A DNA stretch of 63,317 bases, the filler included, from Halocafeteria seosinensis (lineage: Eukaryota): assembly GCA_001687465.1 (NCBI GenBank). It is 5 parts of 5 records of this genome, joined end to end, with 100 filler letters (N's around TTAATTAATTAA, not from the genome) between each part and the next. Parts side by side here need not be neighbours in the genome. Positions count along the whole stretch, not along the records: positions 1 to 28,709 come from LVLI01000114.1; 4 more parts are not named here. One strand, given 5' to 3'. The translations under genes and the position numbers were made by a program. The notes beneath the pieces were generated by a model. It was given only the letters and a program-made list of their open reading frames with translations, did no database searches and had not been told where the DNA came from. Shown here piece after piece: positions 1 to 13,298 of the stretch (position 1 is the first letter of the stretch; each line of letters starts with the position of its first letter).

Positions 1-47
<47 letters not shown>

Positions 48-110
48 NTCTCTCTCTCTCTCTCTCTCTCTCTCTGGGTCTGTGTCTCGTGTGTGTTTGT
101 GTGTGTGTGT
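1..110. repeat. (TC)n microsatellite followed by imperfect (GT)n
   Basis: Directly visible dinucleotide runs at 1-75 and ~89-110. Confidence 0.95.
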
Positions 111-1870
111 GGAGTACACGGGGAAAAAACGAGAAAAAAATAAATAACAGAGGGATGTGATGCACACCTACCTCCGTGTCCAGGAAAGGCAAATAAATCG
201 TTTGAGCTGAAATACAGTAGTGTGTCTATCTTAGCTGTATTGCAGTTCAAACAAGGAAATAAAGAAGCGCATTGTCTTCGCAAATTTTCCAAGTCGGGGT
301 CCGGACATTCTTAAGCGGTAAACTCCAGGGGGCAAAAAAGGTTCAGGTTTCCTAGTTACGTAAAACAAAAGTTTGTACGCATGAACACCAGTCCGGCTAG
401 GGATGCTTTGGGGAAGATATGATATCTTAGATATCGCCATACAAAAATAGTTGGTATTTTTACCAACGAACATATCCTCTAATTAGCATGTCGACACTCT
501 TTTCATGAGTTTTCGAGGATTTTTTATAACTTTACTACCAGGTCGAAATCCGAATCCCAATTTGTCGGCGTTGTGAAGCATTTGGAAGCAAGTCCATGCG
601 GCTTCCTTAGGCTGGTGCAGCTTAAGAGATGAGTACGATGACGATTGTGAAGATATGGGGGATCTAGATGTGTTACACATCGGAACGGATGCAGCTACTA
701 CCCCAGATAACGACACAAGGAGAGCAGGGTCGGCCTGAGGGCAGGCCCTTTGGAAGCAAGCCAACGGCCAATACAACGAAGAATAGACCGCAAAGTGTAC
801 GAGTTTTCAACCGCCAGGTCGGTTCCCTCCGTTGGGCCCTTTCTCGGCTTGGCGTGGACCCAGAGGTGGTCTTGATCGAAACATATCATCTTGACTCGTT
901 CTTCTTGTCCGTGTTCACTCTGCGGAAGTGAGCAATTAGTGATACAATTAAGGGATTTAGAGGAGAATAGGCTGTTGATTTGTGAAGGAACCAATATTGT
1001 CATTACCCTATGTCGGCTGCAAGCTTCTTTTTGGTCCGTGGAGCCCCCTGTGCACTCTACTTAGACCGAAGTTCGGCTGCCGATCACTTGCCGCGCTCAC
1101 GGAGAAGCCAATAAACATCGCTCTGAGCTTTAATATCACTGGCTTAGGAGACCATTAAGCGCCGTCACTACCAGTAGACACATTCTCACAAGAACGTCTT
1201 TCCTTGGAGTGGATCAAGCAGTCTTGTAATGGGGGACATTTGACTGTCGATCGGCACCCAGCCGGTGGGCTATCTGTCACACTTGTGTGTGCATAGAGAC
1301 TCTGTCGATAGTGGCGTAGACTCCTGGGGAGCGAGTGGATATTAATTACTTCGGGACGAGAAAAGCTAATAAAGCAGGGTCAAATATGCGTCTGGCTCGT
1401 CGGCTTGCTGTAGCTGAGAAGCAGATGATACAGTGTACCTGGTCCGCAACCCAAGCAATTCACATTTGTCGAGTTTGCTCGGCCCTGGATGCCCCTTAAT
1501 TGAATATATTACTATAGGAAAAATGATGAATTCCCTTGGTGAACCCGAAGGGTGAAACCAAGGTTCTTGCCAAAACCGCATCCCACCTCCTCTCCCATGC
1601 CCACTGTGGCAGCCCACATTTTTGAGCTAAAACAAGGATTGTACGGTTCATGCGGAAAGCATAGAAGAGACATGACCGAAGGAACGAAGCGTGTACGGGA
1701 GGACAGATCGTCCGTCATGGGCGCGGGGGAGACAAAGGGGACAGGCTGGTCCACGGACTATAGTACGGATGCAATACCGTGTGACATTGTGTGTTTGTCC
1801 ATGTGTGTGGTTGCTACCATTCTCAACTCACTTCATGAATTGCAGTCGAGGGGTCTATAGTCCATGTAGC

Positions 1871-3325
1871 ATGGTGAAACTAACACGCGACGTCATCAAG
1901 CAACGTGCTGAACACCACGATGGCATATTAGCCGACCTGGAGGAGATATCCCTCCATCAAATGGAGATCGAGAAGATCGAAGTCATCGGCGAGCAATGTC
2001 GGAAACTTCGGATTTTATACCTGCAGAATAATATTATACCACGCATCGAAAACATCCACTATTGCAAGGACCTGCGCTATTTGAACATGGCGTTGAACAA
2101 TGTGACCAAGATTGAAGGACTGCAGTACGTGGACGTGCCTTCACGCGGTCTGTATGCATGCTGAGCTCGTGGATGTACGACGATGATCTGCAGATGCTGC
2201 GAATTCCTGGGAAAATTGGATCTTACAGTCAATTTCGTTGATCTGGACACCCTCAAGGAAAGCGTCGAGCACCTACAACCACTGGAGCACTTTCACGAAT
2301 TGCATATGATGGGGAATCCAGCAACGGATTGGGAGGGATTTAGACCGTATGTGGTCGCCAAGCTCCCGCAGTTACAATCCTTAGATGGAACCGAGATCAC
2401 GAGAACAGAGAGAATTCGAGCATGCCAACAGCTCGAGATACTGGAACGACAATTGGCTGAGCTTGCAGAGAAAAAGAGTGAAGAGAAGAAGAATCGGAAG
2501 GTGGGATGCGTAATTGCGTGCTCAGTTTTCATGGTCAAACTGGGAAGCAATTGTGTTTACCTTACGGTGTCTGCAGCCTGCCGAAGTAACAGAGGACAAC
2601 GCCCCATGGACCCCTGAAGCTCGAGTGCAAATGTACAGGTGAGTCTTAGCACCTTGATTCATCCAAGCAATATGTGTAGTTTACCCTTTGCCACATACTT
2701 GTGCTGCAGGGAAATGGCTGAACAGAAAGAGGAAGAACAAAAGAAGAAACGAGAGAATGAACCTCCCAAGCGTGACTACGAGAAGGAGCATCGAGAAAGG
2801 TTAGAGAGAGTTAAAGAAGGCGAGGAGAAAATCCGTCAGAAGAATGAAGGGAACTGGGAATTCAGTATCGACGATGAGGATGGCGACGGTAATGTGCTTT
2901 TAAGGTTGTGTTTACCTCGATTCTTGGACTCTTCTCTCCTTGACGTGGATATCCATCCCGACCATGTTACTGTAGTCGTAAAAGGGAAGGTCTTTCGAAT
3001 AAAATGGACTGATGAAGTCAAGTCCGACAGCGCGAAAGCTCAGCGATCGTCTACAACGGGAGAACTGGTCATTACGGCGCCGAAGGTCCGTCCAAACTTG
3101 GCGTTGCAGCGCCTTCGAAAGGAACAGCAACAGGAATCTTCAGAGGGTAATGGCGCCCATGCGTCTGAAACGGAACCGGAAAAGAAGGAGACAACAGAGG
3201 AATCGAAGCAGGTAAAGAAAAAACCACCAGCACCAAAATTGGCTGACTTAATGTTACAGGAAGCAGGTCAGGAGCAGCAAGGAGCAGATATTACAAGGCG
3301 AGAGACCCGAAGAAAGGATAAATGA
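1871..3325 (+). CDS. DNAAF11: Dynein axonemal assembly factor LRRC6/tilB-like (LRR + LRRcap + CS-like domain), 4 exons
   Basis: Spliced exons ~1871-2124, 2194-2500, 2578-2638 and 2710-3325 with GT..AG introns. Motifs AEHHDGILADLEEISLHQMEIEKIE, LYLQNNIIPRIEN, YLNMALNN, LDLTVNF, GNP..W..FR.YVVAKLPQLQSLDG, IRQKNEG.WEF and PRFLDSSLLDVDIHP match the LRRC6 family. The extreme 3' end is uncertain. Confidence 0.92.
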
Positions 3326-4348
3326 TAAGTTGGTGTGTTGATCATTCATAACCGAAACCGGTGAATAAGAAACCAATACAGTCCACTCCCGAGGGCGAAA
3401 TTTCATCCTGTGTTCTCCCGGACCTGTTGGCCGTAAGAGCGAATAGTCCGCCGTTAGCCCTGATAGACCAATACGAAGCCACTGTGTCCCTCTTGTTATA
3501 CGTGCGATGTTCTGTCTTTCCGGTGTTGTTTCAATCGTCGTCGTCGTCGTTCGCAAATACGGTGACTAGTTGTATCAGGCTATTGGATAGTGCAACATTT
3601 GCTTCCATTAGGGGATTTGAGCCATAGGTTCTCTTTCTTAAACTCTGACGATAAAGGCTCCGGGGTATTTTCCACGTGACTTATTAATCTGCACGACGGA
3701 AATCACCACAGCATACAAATGAAAATAACTACTCTCTGTGTTCCCAACGAGATCCCCTCCACCAAGTTCCCGGATGCTTTTTGTCCCCTTCTACAGGGCG
3801 GCTCAGGGAAGCCAAAATCTTCACCCACACTCACCACAGACGTCCGAGTGGAAAACTTGACGGGTACCAGCGGCCAGCAGTAGCACCCACCTACAACCTC
3901 TAGAATGCCAAAGTGATGGTAGTGAAGCACTTACTCAATGCAAGCTTGCCTTGTGGGCATAGCATCCTGTAGTGTCCTCAGCTCGGCTTGGAGCCTATCT
4001 CGCTCTTGCTCTATCTTTTTCAACTGTGCCTCAGACATTGTGTCGATGTGCGTGCAAACTGTATATCAACCTATATGTTAAGTATCTCTCCCAACTAAAC
4101 GCGACAGAGAACAGTTATGTGTGGTATTTGTCACCCGAGATGGATCCCGTTAACTGTACGGACATACTAAATACACACCATAGCAACCAGGACCATTGAT
4201 CTACTCCGCCCGGAAGACATATATCTCATTTAACACCAACGGAACATCTCTATCCCGCCAAGTAAGTCTATTATCTGACGTTTTCGCCGTGCGACGGTTG
4301 AAGTTGAACCAAACGACAAAGAAAAAAACAAAAAGAAAAAATGAACAG

Positions 4349-4420
4349 AGGGCGCGGCGCGATTCGAACGCACGACTCTTTGAGCTGCAATCAAACGCTC
4401 TACCACTGAGCTACGCGCCC
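4349..4420 (-). tRNA. tRNA-Cys (GCA)
   Basis: Reverse complement folds as GGGCGCG-TA-GCTC AGTGGTA GAGC-G-TTTGA TTGCAGC TCAAA-GAGTC-GTGCG TTCGAAT CGCGC-CGCGCCC-T. Anticodon GCA and U73 discriminator fit Cys. An oligo-T Pol III terminator lies downstream (A runs 4322-4341 on +) and a TATA-like tract ~35-50 nt upstream. Confidence 0.95.
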
Positions 4421-5002
4421 ATCCGCAATTTCATTGGGATTGAAGAGCGAGCCTTATATTATTTATATAAGAGGGGAATAGCTTGCAGAAGACATGTTTG
4501 GTTATCAAACCCTTAAACAGTGTTCATGGTCTTTATTTATACCTCATGTGAGTGTTCTCTTCTGTTGTGGGAGTCACGGTGTGCACTTTGAGGGTCATCT
4601 TCCAGCCAAGCTTCTCGCCCCAAGGGAAGGGAGTCAGGTCCCCGCCACCCCGGCCGTCTCTGATAGACGAACTATTACTGAATGTTTTGATGAGTACATC
4701 ACCAGTTGTACGGGTGTATTTGAAATACCAGCACGTAAAGAGTTTCTGACTTTTTTTTTCGTTTTCGGCAGAGTCAATTAGGAGAAGGACTTGTTGGTGC
4801 CTGTTCGTCCAACACGATTTTTTGTTTAAATACAAATTGTGTGGAGAATTTTAAGACACTTTGATCGAAAGTGTGCCATTGTCGAGCCCAATTGCCAGGT
4901 GAGTGTTGTCCAGAAGTGGGTGAGTGAGTGAGTGAGTGCTGTGCATACAGGCAGCGTCTATCCCGTATTGCGTTTTTGGCCGTCTTGTCTCTACTTTGAG
5001 AA

Positions 5003-8000
5003 ATGAACCAGAAAGAAGGGACGTCTCTCTCGGCGTCGTCCACGAGACAACAATCAGCTGCAATTGACCCAAAATCCTCATTCGAAAAGGATACCAACGG
5101 AACGAATGGGACAGAGGGTCATGGAAACTCAGTGTCTGCATCGCCATCCTCGTTTCGTCGATCCCCCTCAGCTGCGCGTACTGCCGCTGCTGGAAGTGAC
5201 CAAGTACTGGAGGAAGGTTTTACCAAGGGTGGGACACAAGAACCTGAACAGGAGAGTGATCTCTACGCCTTGCACCGAGCAATCGAAACAAACGACACGG
5301 ACCAACTTCGCATAGTCTTGCAAAAGCTAGCTACTGACGAAGAATTCGGCGATGACGATTACAAGGGCGCATCTGCTAATGGCGACGAAGATGATGCAAA
5401 GGACAGCATTGAGGACAGCTCCACCGGTGTTTTGAGTGTGGACACGCGTGATAGGTATGGGCAAACACCACTACATTATGCTCTGCTTTTCAGAAACTTT
5501 GAAGCAGTTAGACTCCTGCTTGAACATGGGGCCGACACGAACATATCTTGTGATGGAGCTACAGTTGTCCATATTGCTGTAAAGGCTGCAGGAATCGCGG
5601 GGGATGACCAATTCGGTATACAAGTGGTCGAGCAACTTATTTGCGCTGATGTTGCAATCAATGTTACCGATGAACAGATGCGGACGCCTTTCATGTTTGC
5701 GTGCTATTACGGCTTAGCCAACACTGTTAGCGGCTTACTTGCAGGTCGCGAAGCACGACAAGATGAACCTCTCTGGGCCTTTAACATGGATGACCAAGAT
5801 AACCACGGCTGGACCGCTCTGCATTGGGCGGCCTATGGCGGAAACCCAGATATAGTGAATTCCCTTATCAAGGAGGGTGTCGACGTCAGTTTAGTCAGCA
5901 AATATGGCAATTCGGCCGCTCACATTGCTGCCCAGTCTAACAACAGGGAAGCGTTAAACAAACTCGTGGACTGTGGTGTCAGTATGGATATTGAAAATAT
6001 GTTTGGCTTCACCCCATCGCATTACGAATCAGAGCACAAAAATGGTAGCTCTAAGACAACTGTAATTCATCATGAGAGTTCGATGGATCATCTGACCTGC
6101 TCGGAGCCCGCTTGCTTTTCCTCTATTGACCCGCCTCCTGAAAATCAAGAACGTTTGCGTACACTGGTGTCCCAGCGGGGTATCCTCAGGTCTCCGCAGT
6201 TTTCAGGACTTTCGTGGAATGCTGACGCTCAAAGAGCGTCGATCAGTGACATATTACGCATTCATGAGTACTCTTATGTGAGAAAACTCTTGGAAGCCTG
6301 CGAGCAATGCCCACCAGGCTCTCACGGAGTTGTCAGCCTTGATGGAGACACAACGGTCTCTAGGTAAGCAGCTCTATATACGCGAAGCCGTCGAATTGAC
6401 TATACACGTTGAGTTGATGTTGCAGGGGCACTTGGGAAGCCGCGCAGTATGCTGCTGGTTCTGTTTGCAAGGCCGTAGACATGTGCATGAGTGGGGCAAC
6501 TGAAAATGTGTTTTGCGCTATTCGCCCACCGGGACATCACGCCGGCCCCTACGGAAAGGTCACCAACGCCCGGGACAAAAGTGGAAGCCATGTAAGTGGT
6601 ATAGGGACTGTGATATACTTTGCTGTTTATTTCATTTCATTTGTCAATGCAGGGATTTTGCCTTTTGAATAATGTTGCTATCGGCGCTGCATATGCTCGT
6701 GCCAAGTATAGCCAAGAAAAACCTTTTAAGGTGGCGATAGTAGATTTCGACGTGCATCATGGGAACGGCACTGAGGCCTGTGTGGAGAATCTGGTTCCGA
6801 CTGTCCGAATCACTGTTAATGAAATTCCTGGTGGAGAACTTCACTCGAAGACATCCTCGTACAAACCGTGGTTAGATGAAAACGACGGAGAAAATGTGCT
6901 GTTTTTATCCTCCCATGGATTTGGTCCACGGGAGCCAGGAATGAGTTCGGCTCCGCACGTACCTTTCTTCTATTCAGGTTCCGGACAGAATCGTGGTCAT
7001 CCGGGACTAGGTTTCAAGAATGAATGGGGGCATACTGGCGATGACTTCTATTTTGACGAAGAAGACCATCGCCCATCTGGAGACTCGTATGATTTATTCG
7101 AATCGTCTGTAAAACGTCCTACCGTTATTAACGTTGCTATTCCATTCAATTGTCCTATTGTGTATTGGAAACGGCTCATGGTGAAGAGCATTCTCCCGAA
7201 ACTCGTTGATTTCAACCCTGATTTAATTTTCATTTCGGCCGGCTTTGATGCACACAGGAAGGATGACATGAGCTTCGGGTAAGTTCTAAACCTGCGTTTG
7301 ATCAATAGATACTCCGGAGTTAGGACTATCTCTCTTCCTACGCAGCTACATGGGACTACTGGAAGAAGATTACGAATGGATCACTGAACAGCTTGTAAAA
7401 GTGGCAAACCGCTGTTGTGATGGTAAAATTGTTTCTGTGCTAGAAGGAGGTTATCGTATTCATGTAAGTTCCGTAGTGGTTGTCGTCTACTTAAGATTGG
7501 CGTATGGAACTGCTTGCGAGTGGATGTTATTTGCAGGGATTGCAAACCTCTGCTTTTGCAATGAGTGTGGCGTCCCACGTGAGAACTCTGTCTAGGGGTA
7601 TCAGTGCCAAATGGGATGAAACTGGGGAGTCCAGTGCTGTAGAAGTAAGTCGTAAAGGGAGGTGGAGCTGGGTTCCAATGTGTACGTTTACCGTTTGATA
7701 TTCAACCGCAGAAACTTCTTGAGTTGAGCCAGCCGAGGCAATCGAGTGCCGACAACGCTCCAGTTTCATCGTCAACTGCGGTGGGGGCTTCCACATCAGC
7801 AGTAGTCGAGGCCGTAGCTACGAGACGCAGTAAACGTAACCGAGGTTCTGTGGATTATAAGAAATTGGACGAAGAAGAGAGGAAAAAATCTAGACTCAAC
7901 GACGATGTATCGAATCAATCAGCCTCCTCGGCGGCACTCCTGCCTGCAAGCAGTAATGCCTCTTCGGCGAGTGCAGCTTCCGCAGCAGCTCCTGTAGTTT

Positions 8001-8170
8001 CTGAACTTACGGATGAAGATCGATATCGTATCATGCAGGAGGATGATTTCAGCGGCCTGCCCGAGGAGGAAGAAGAATTTGCGGAGGACGAAGAGGATGA
8101 TGAGGAAGACAACGAGCAGTACGAAGCAGCTGAGGGGAACGAGGGTGCTGACGAAGATGAAGAGATGTAA
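5003..8170 (+). CDS. Ankyrin-repeat / class II-like histone deacetylase fusion with acidic C-tail, 6 exons
   Basis: Exons ~5003-6363, 6426-6591, 6653-7278, 7346-7463, 7537-7644 and 7712-8170. Ankyrin motifs GQTPLHYA, GWTALHWAA, GNSAAHIAA. HDAC motifs PENQERL, RPPGHHA, GFC, DFDVHHGNGT, SAGFDAH, VLEGGY. Confidence 0.92.
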
Positions 8171-9772
8171 TACCAGCGTTTGAATTTTGCCGGTTCACCT
8201 TTGTGATAAAGCATTTGCAATGTCAACTGCGCTGTGCTTTTATCCGTGTCATTCGAAGCAGTGTGTTGTCCTTAACCCTTTGTTCACTATTACTCAATAT
8301 TTGTTGACGTACTCGTAATTTTCTCCCTTAGTGATATGATGTCAAGCGATCTGTAGTGAGATTGTAAACCAGTAATACATGTATTCCCGGTACGCAGCCT
8401 GTTGAATAGCGATAACAGCATACTTTATCTGACTCAGCGCCTCGTAATCTTGACCATGGTCAAAAGCATCATTTAGTCCAATTGAGGGTCATCCCCTGAA
8501 GAAGTAAAAACATCAATCACCCATAAACATAAGGCACGGTATGTGATGTTGCTTTCTGGCGCTTCGAAGAAATAATACATATGTAACCGGTTGCGCTAAC
8601 TCCAAAGCATTTTTAGTTTTGTTTAAGCACATCTGAGTCAGACATGTACAATACATTATGGTGTGGTTGACTGGAGCTCCGTACGCCGTTTCCAAAGCGG
8701 TTCCCGAACACGAACAGTACCTTCGTATTTTGGTCAGTGCATACACAGTACTGAGTGTCATATATATNTNTNTGTGTGTGTGTGTGCGCGCGCAGAAAAA
8801 TCCCACAGTAAGAGTTTAACCCCCTCACTCTAGCAGGGTTTAGGCTAACTTTAGAAAGCCAATAGAAACCTCCTAAATTTCACTGCAGGACTCTGTCCGC
8901 CAAAAGTTCGCCTAAATGTGGACCGAACAATCACATCGAGGATTTGGGCTGTACATGCTTGTTGTTGTTGAAACTCCACTGAGTGGACCAGCTCCAGTAC
9001 AGATCTGTAACCAAACACTACAGTACAGGTCCTGAGTAGGAGCGACCCATCAATCCGTTTAATCGACCGGACGTACACGAATCGGGCACTAGTCATTGTG
9101 GTGCAAGCCATCATCCTTAAAATAAGTGGTTAGCAGAAAAATTATGGAGCGACAGGCTGACTTATCCGAGAAGATCGGCTACATTCAAATTTGCGAGGGT
9201 CTGAGGGTTTCACAGTGATTTTCCACTTTCCAGGATACACAAGCATAAATACCCTCTAAGAGTTTCTGTAGCTCTGCTTGTATACATCCGCCCGTATGGT
9301 GACCATGTAGACGGGAATGGGTGGCTAACAGCTACAGTAGCAGGAATTCCAATTCAATTCCAGGAATCCAGGGAGATGGAACCAGCTGTATAGATCATAA
9401 ACTCAAAAAGGACGTGATGTCATTCATAAAATAAACACGTTTGTGAACTTATGTGCCATAAATAAAATGAGTTCACCCTGTTCGGTAGAAACACACACAC
9501 CTACAGTACAGGTGACCTACTGTACATATATGTGTATGTGAGACAGATACCGGGTACCCTGCCCACCGGGTTCGAGGACCACCGTGAGCCTCCTCGAGTT
9601 TGGGAATCCCGTTGGATTGACAGGTCGACTGCATCCGTGCCTGCGCAAATGAATGTGTGCGCTCGTATCATTTGTGTGTGTGTATGTGTGTGACCTCGTT
9701 TCAGCGTCATAGCTACATAGGTAGATACATACCCTCTGAAGCCAGACTTCGGGTTCCTTCGGTTCCTTCATC

Positions 9773-11698
9773 ATGGCAGATACACGCAATGCAGAGCGTA
9801 CGTCAGACTATTCCATTCTATCCTTCTCCTGTATGGTGTATGGTTTATATTGGTTGGCTGTATTGCATACGTGCAGGTGTGGCGGCCTTAGCAGCCAAGG
9901 AGAGAAAAGGGCAGCCCAAGGACCACCATGACCATCGGCAGCATACAAAAGACACAGAGAAGGAGATGACCGCAGGCACAGAAGCAGAGAGTACAAAGAA
10001 GAAGGAGCATCGTCATCATCGCCACCATCATGGGTCCAGGAGCAGCCGCAAACGCCATCGGCACGAGGAGGAGGAGGAGGAAGCTGAAGATGAGTAAGTT
10101 CCCGGAAAAAAAAATGCAAACACATATGTCAATGAATCATGTGTACAGTGGATGGTTGTATCACGTGCGTCTACGTGTTTGCGTGATGCAGAAATGGTCA
10201 TCGGAAAAGCTCCTCGTCCCGGAAACGCGGTCGTCGGGAGAAGAAACACAGAGAGAAAACGAGCGAGGGGAAGAAGAAGAGAGATGAAACAGACGACGAA
10301 AAACGATCCTCGTCCTCGAAATCTCGCTCAAGGAGCTCCAGTCGAGATAGTGACTCCTCAAGATCACGCTCGTCTGCCTCCAAGTCGGGAAGCGAAGACG
10401 AAGACACGGATGGAGCCGAGGGCAAGGAGCACCGTAAAAGAAAGGGACATCGCCAGCGCAGTAAATCACTATCGCCTTCCTCATCTTCTGACAGCTCCAG
10501 TGAAGAGGATTCACCTAGGCCACTGTCTCCCACGTTGAAAATGCGACGGCGACATCGGCGCAAGGATCGCTCTACCAAGTTTGACATGACCCCGGAACAG
10601 GCCGAACAACTCAAAAACTCGGCTGCTTCGAACAGTTATCTTCCTTCCAACTCCTTTGCGCCTTCCATGGGCTTTGCTGGTACGAATCAGGCCCACACGC
10701 GGCACGCCAGGAGGATTTACGTTGGGGGTATAGGAACTGATGTCACTGAGGCCGATATGACAGCATTTTTCAATGCCGTTATCGAACGCGTCTACAAACC
10801 TATGGAAGGAGGTGCAGTGGTTTCAGTGTACATTAATCACGAAAGGAAGTTTGCTTTCGTGGAACTGCGAGAAATCGCACTCGCTACTGCTGCAATGGAA
10901 TTGGATGGTATCCCCTACAATGGTCAGCCCCTAAAGATTCGCCGTCCGAATGATTATACCCCGTCGGCTATTCCGGCCGGAACTGAAGGAACAATCAAGT
11001 TTGATCTCTCCAAGTTGGGTATAGTTTCCACTACAGTGGAGGATGGACCGAACAAGGTGTTTGTCGGTGGTTTACCACATCATCTTAATGAGAAACAAGT
11101 TCAAGAGCTACTCCAAGCATTTGGTAGGTTGAAATCGTTCCATTTGGTACGAGACGTGAGCGCTGGCACAAGCAAAGGCTACGGCTTCTGCGAGTTTCTT
11201 GATCCGGAGGTAACTGACGATGCTTGTCAAGGTCTAAACAACATGCAAATTGGCGATCGCGTTTTGACGGTTCGGCGTGCAACAGCTCAAGACAACAATC
11301 AGGGTGACATCAGCGCTCAACCCGCGGAAGTGTGGCAGCCTCAATCGGAGGCCGCCGATGCTTCGCAGCAACAGGCCCCTACGTCGACCGCTCCATCAAA
11401 GCAGCCTACTCAGCTTCTGCAGCTTTGTCACATGGTCACACCTGACATGCTTTCTGATGATCAAGAATATGAGGATATTGTGCTGGACGTCAAAGAAGAG
11501 TGCGAGCAATACGGCTCGGTCAAGGAAGTGAGGATTCCACGAAGCGGTTCCTGCGTTGGCAATATATACATCCACTTTGGAGGCATTGATGAAGCGATTG
11601 CAGCTGCCACTGCTCTTGCTGGTCGGATGTTTGAGTCGCGTCTTGTGTCTGCTGAGTATGTGACGGAAGAAGAGTTCCAGCAGATCGCCGCCAGTTAG
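9773..11698 (+). CDS. U2AF2: Splicing factor U2AF large subunit (RS region + 2 RRM + UHM), 3 exons
   Basis: Exons ~9773-9797, 9877-10093 and 10192-11698. Motifs TRHARRIYVGG, FAFVELR, LKIRRPNDY, VEDGPNKVFVGGLP, SKGYGFCEF and C-terminal EYEDIVLDVKEECEQYG, preceded by an RS/RK-rich N-terminus. Confidence 0.95.
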
Positions 11699-12171
11699 GT
11701 GAGAATCGACGGTATCCAGACTACGTGGCCGAAACCCAAACGACACTATCCGTTTAGCAACTCCTACCACCGTTTTAATGCTGTATTCATTTTCTGTCTT
11801 GGGCGTCGCAACTCCTCTATGTTTGAAAATGGTTGGGCAAACGTGTTCCCAATGTCCTACAAGTGTAGTTCATCATTCAATGAACAATTTGGACTCTAGC
11901 AGCAGCATGATATATAAAAAATGCACACACTATGAATGAAATTGAAACCATACATGATTTCTGTGTAGCTAACTAACTAACTTCTTCCGCGGTCCCGACC
12001 TAGGCTCGAGCGAGCAAAAGCAGGATCCTGGATCGCGCCCGGCTGAAGTCACGTCAGTTGAGCCGTGGGCATTGTCACATAGGGATAAATTTACACTGAA
12101 AGAAGGAATATAGAAGGCAAGGTGTCCGCCCGTCCGCCGTGTTGTGTGTATAATTGACTGTATTGTGAGCA

Positions 12172-13105
12172 ATGCTTTCTCGGGTCGGCGGTGTTCTCAG
12201 TCAATCACATGTTGGCAAGGCTGCCATGAGGATGCTCTCCAGCAGGAGGCCGGCGGCCATGACTGCGTTCCAAGTGCGCGACATCACCTACTATACGGAA
12301 TCGCATGAATACCTCAAGGTAAGCCAGCAAACAACCGCAGCCGGCTGTGTGTCGAGGGGGGAGGGGTAAGCTGGCGTCAGTCCGAAGGGGGGGCTGCTGT
12401 CTTCCTCCAACGACAACGGCATGCCATACCATACAGTGCATATTTGGGCGACCGCAAAGAGAAAAAAAAAAAAAGACACAGGGGTGTGTGGTCCGGATCT
12501 GGGACAGGGCATACCATAAACTGCAGTGTATGCCGGCCATCAGGGTGGTGTTCTCACACAGTTACAAACAAGCATACATTACATGCACGCCATGGGGGCC
12601 ATGCTCCGTATTTTCAGTGTCCGTGTCAGCGTCAGTCAACGGGGATAGTTGGTATACTTTGCAGGTAGAAGACGGAACCAGTACGGGGGTGATGGGCATC
12701 ACTGACCATGCACAGCAGCAACTGGGGGATATTGTATTCATTGACCTCCCGGAAAAGGACCAGGAGTTGGAAAGCGGGTAAGTGTCTTATCCACACGAGA
12801 TTGAGTTGGTTTGTCATTGATATATCTTGACGGTATCGTATCGTTGGACTGGAACACGCAGGAGCGTTCTCGCGGCGGTTGAGTCCGTCAAAGCAGCCAG
12901 TGATGTTTATGCCCCGATGGATTGCGTTGTGATTGAGCCGAATGACGCACTTAGTAGCAATCCTGGTCTCGTCAATGATGATGCCGAAGGAGATGGCTGG
13001 TTCGCAAAGCTCGATCTTAAGGGAGCTTCTGAAGAAGACATCCTCGAGCATGGACTCATGAAAGAAGACAAATACGAGGAGTTCCTTAAAAACCTACCGG
13101 AATAG
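12172..13105 (+). CDS. GCSH: Glycine cleavage system H protein, mitochondrial, 3 exons
   Basis: Exons 12172-12318, 12665-12777 and 12862-13105. Transit-peptide-like N-terminus, then YYTESHEY, GITDHAQQQLGDIVFIDLP, lipoyl-lysine motif VESVKAASDVYAP, and LVN..AEGDGW. Confidence 0.95.
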
Positions 13106-13140
13106 TGTGCTCTTATCCACTGCTGGCCCCCTGGAAGAGG

Positions 13141-13298
13141 CATGGCTCTTTCGTATATTAAACAGTCATTGGAAAGGTTAGGGCATGCTTTCGTGTTGAT
13201 TCTGAAGATAAATACACACCCCGATTAGTCAACTAGGATCCCGTTGGTCGACATGGCTCTTCCGTATATTAAACAGTGATTGGGAAGGTTAGGGCATG
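13141..13298. repeat. 47-bp imperfect direct repeat (13141-13187 and 13252-13298)
   Basis: catggctcttYcgtatattaaacagtSattggRaaggttagggcatg occurs twice, 111 bp apart, just 3' of GCSH. Confidence 0.85.

Noticed and set aside
231..1860. Several short ORFs upstream of DNAAF11
   Set aside because: No recognisable motifs or consistent exon structure.
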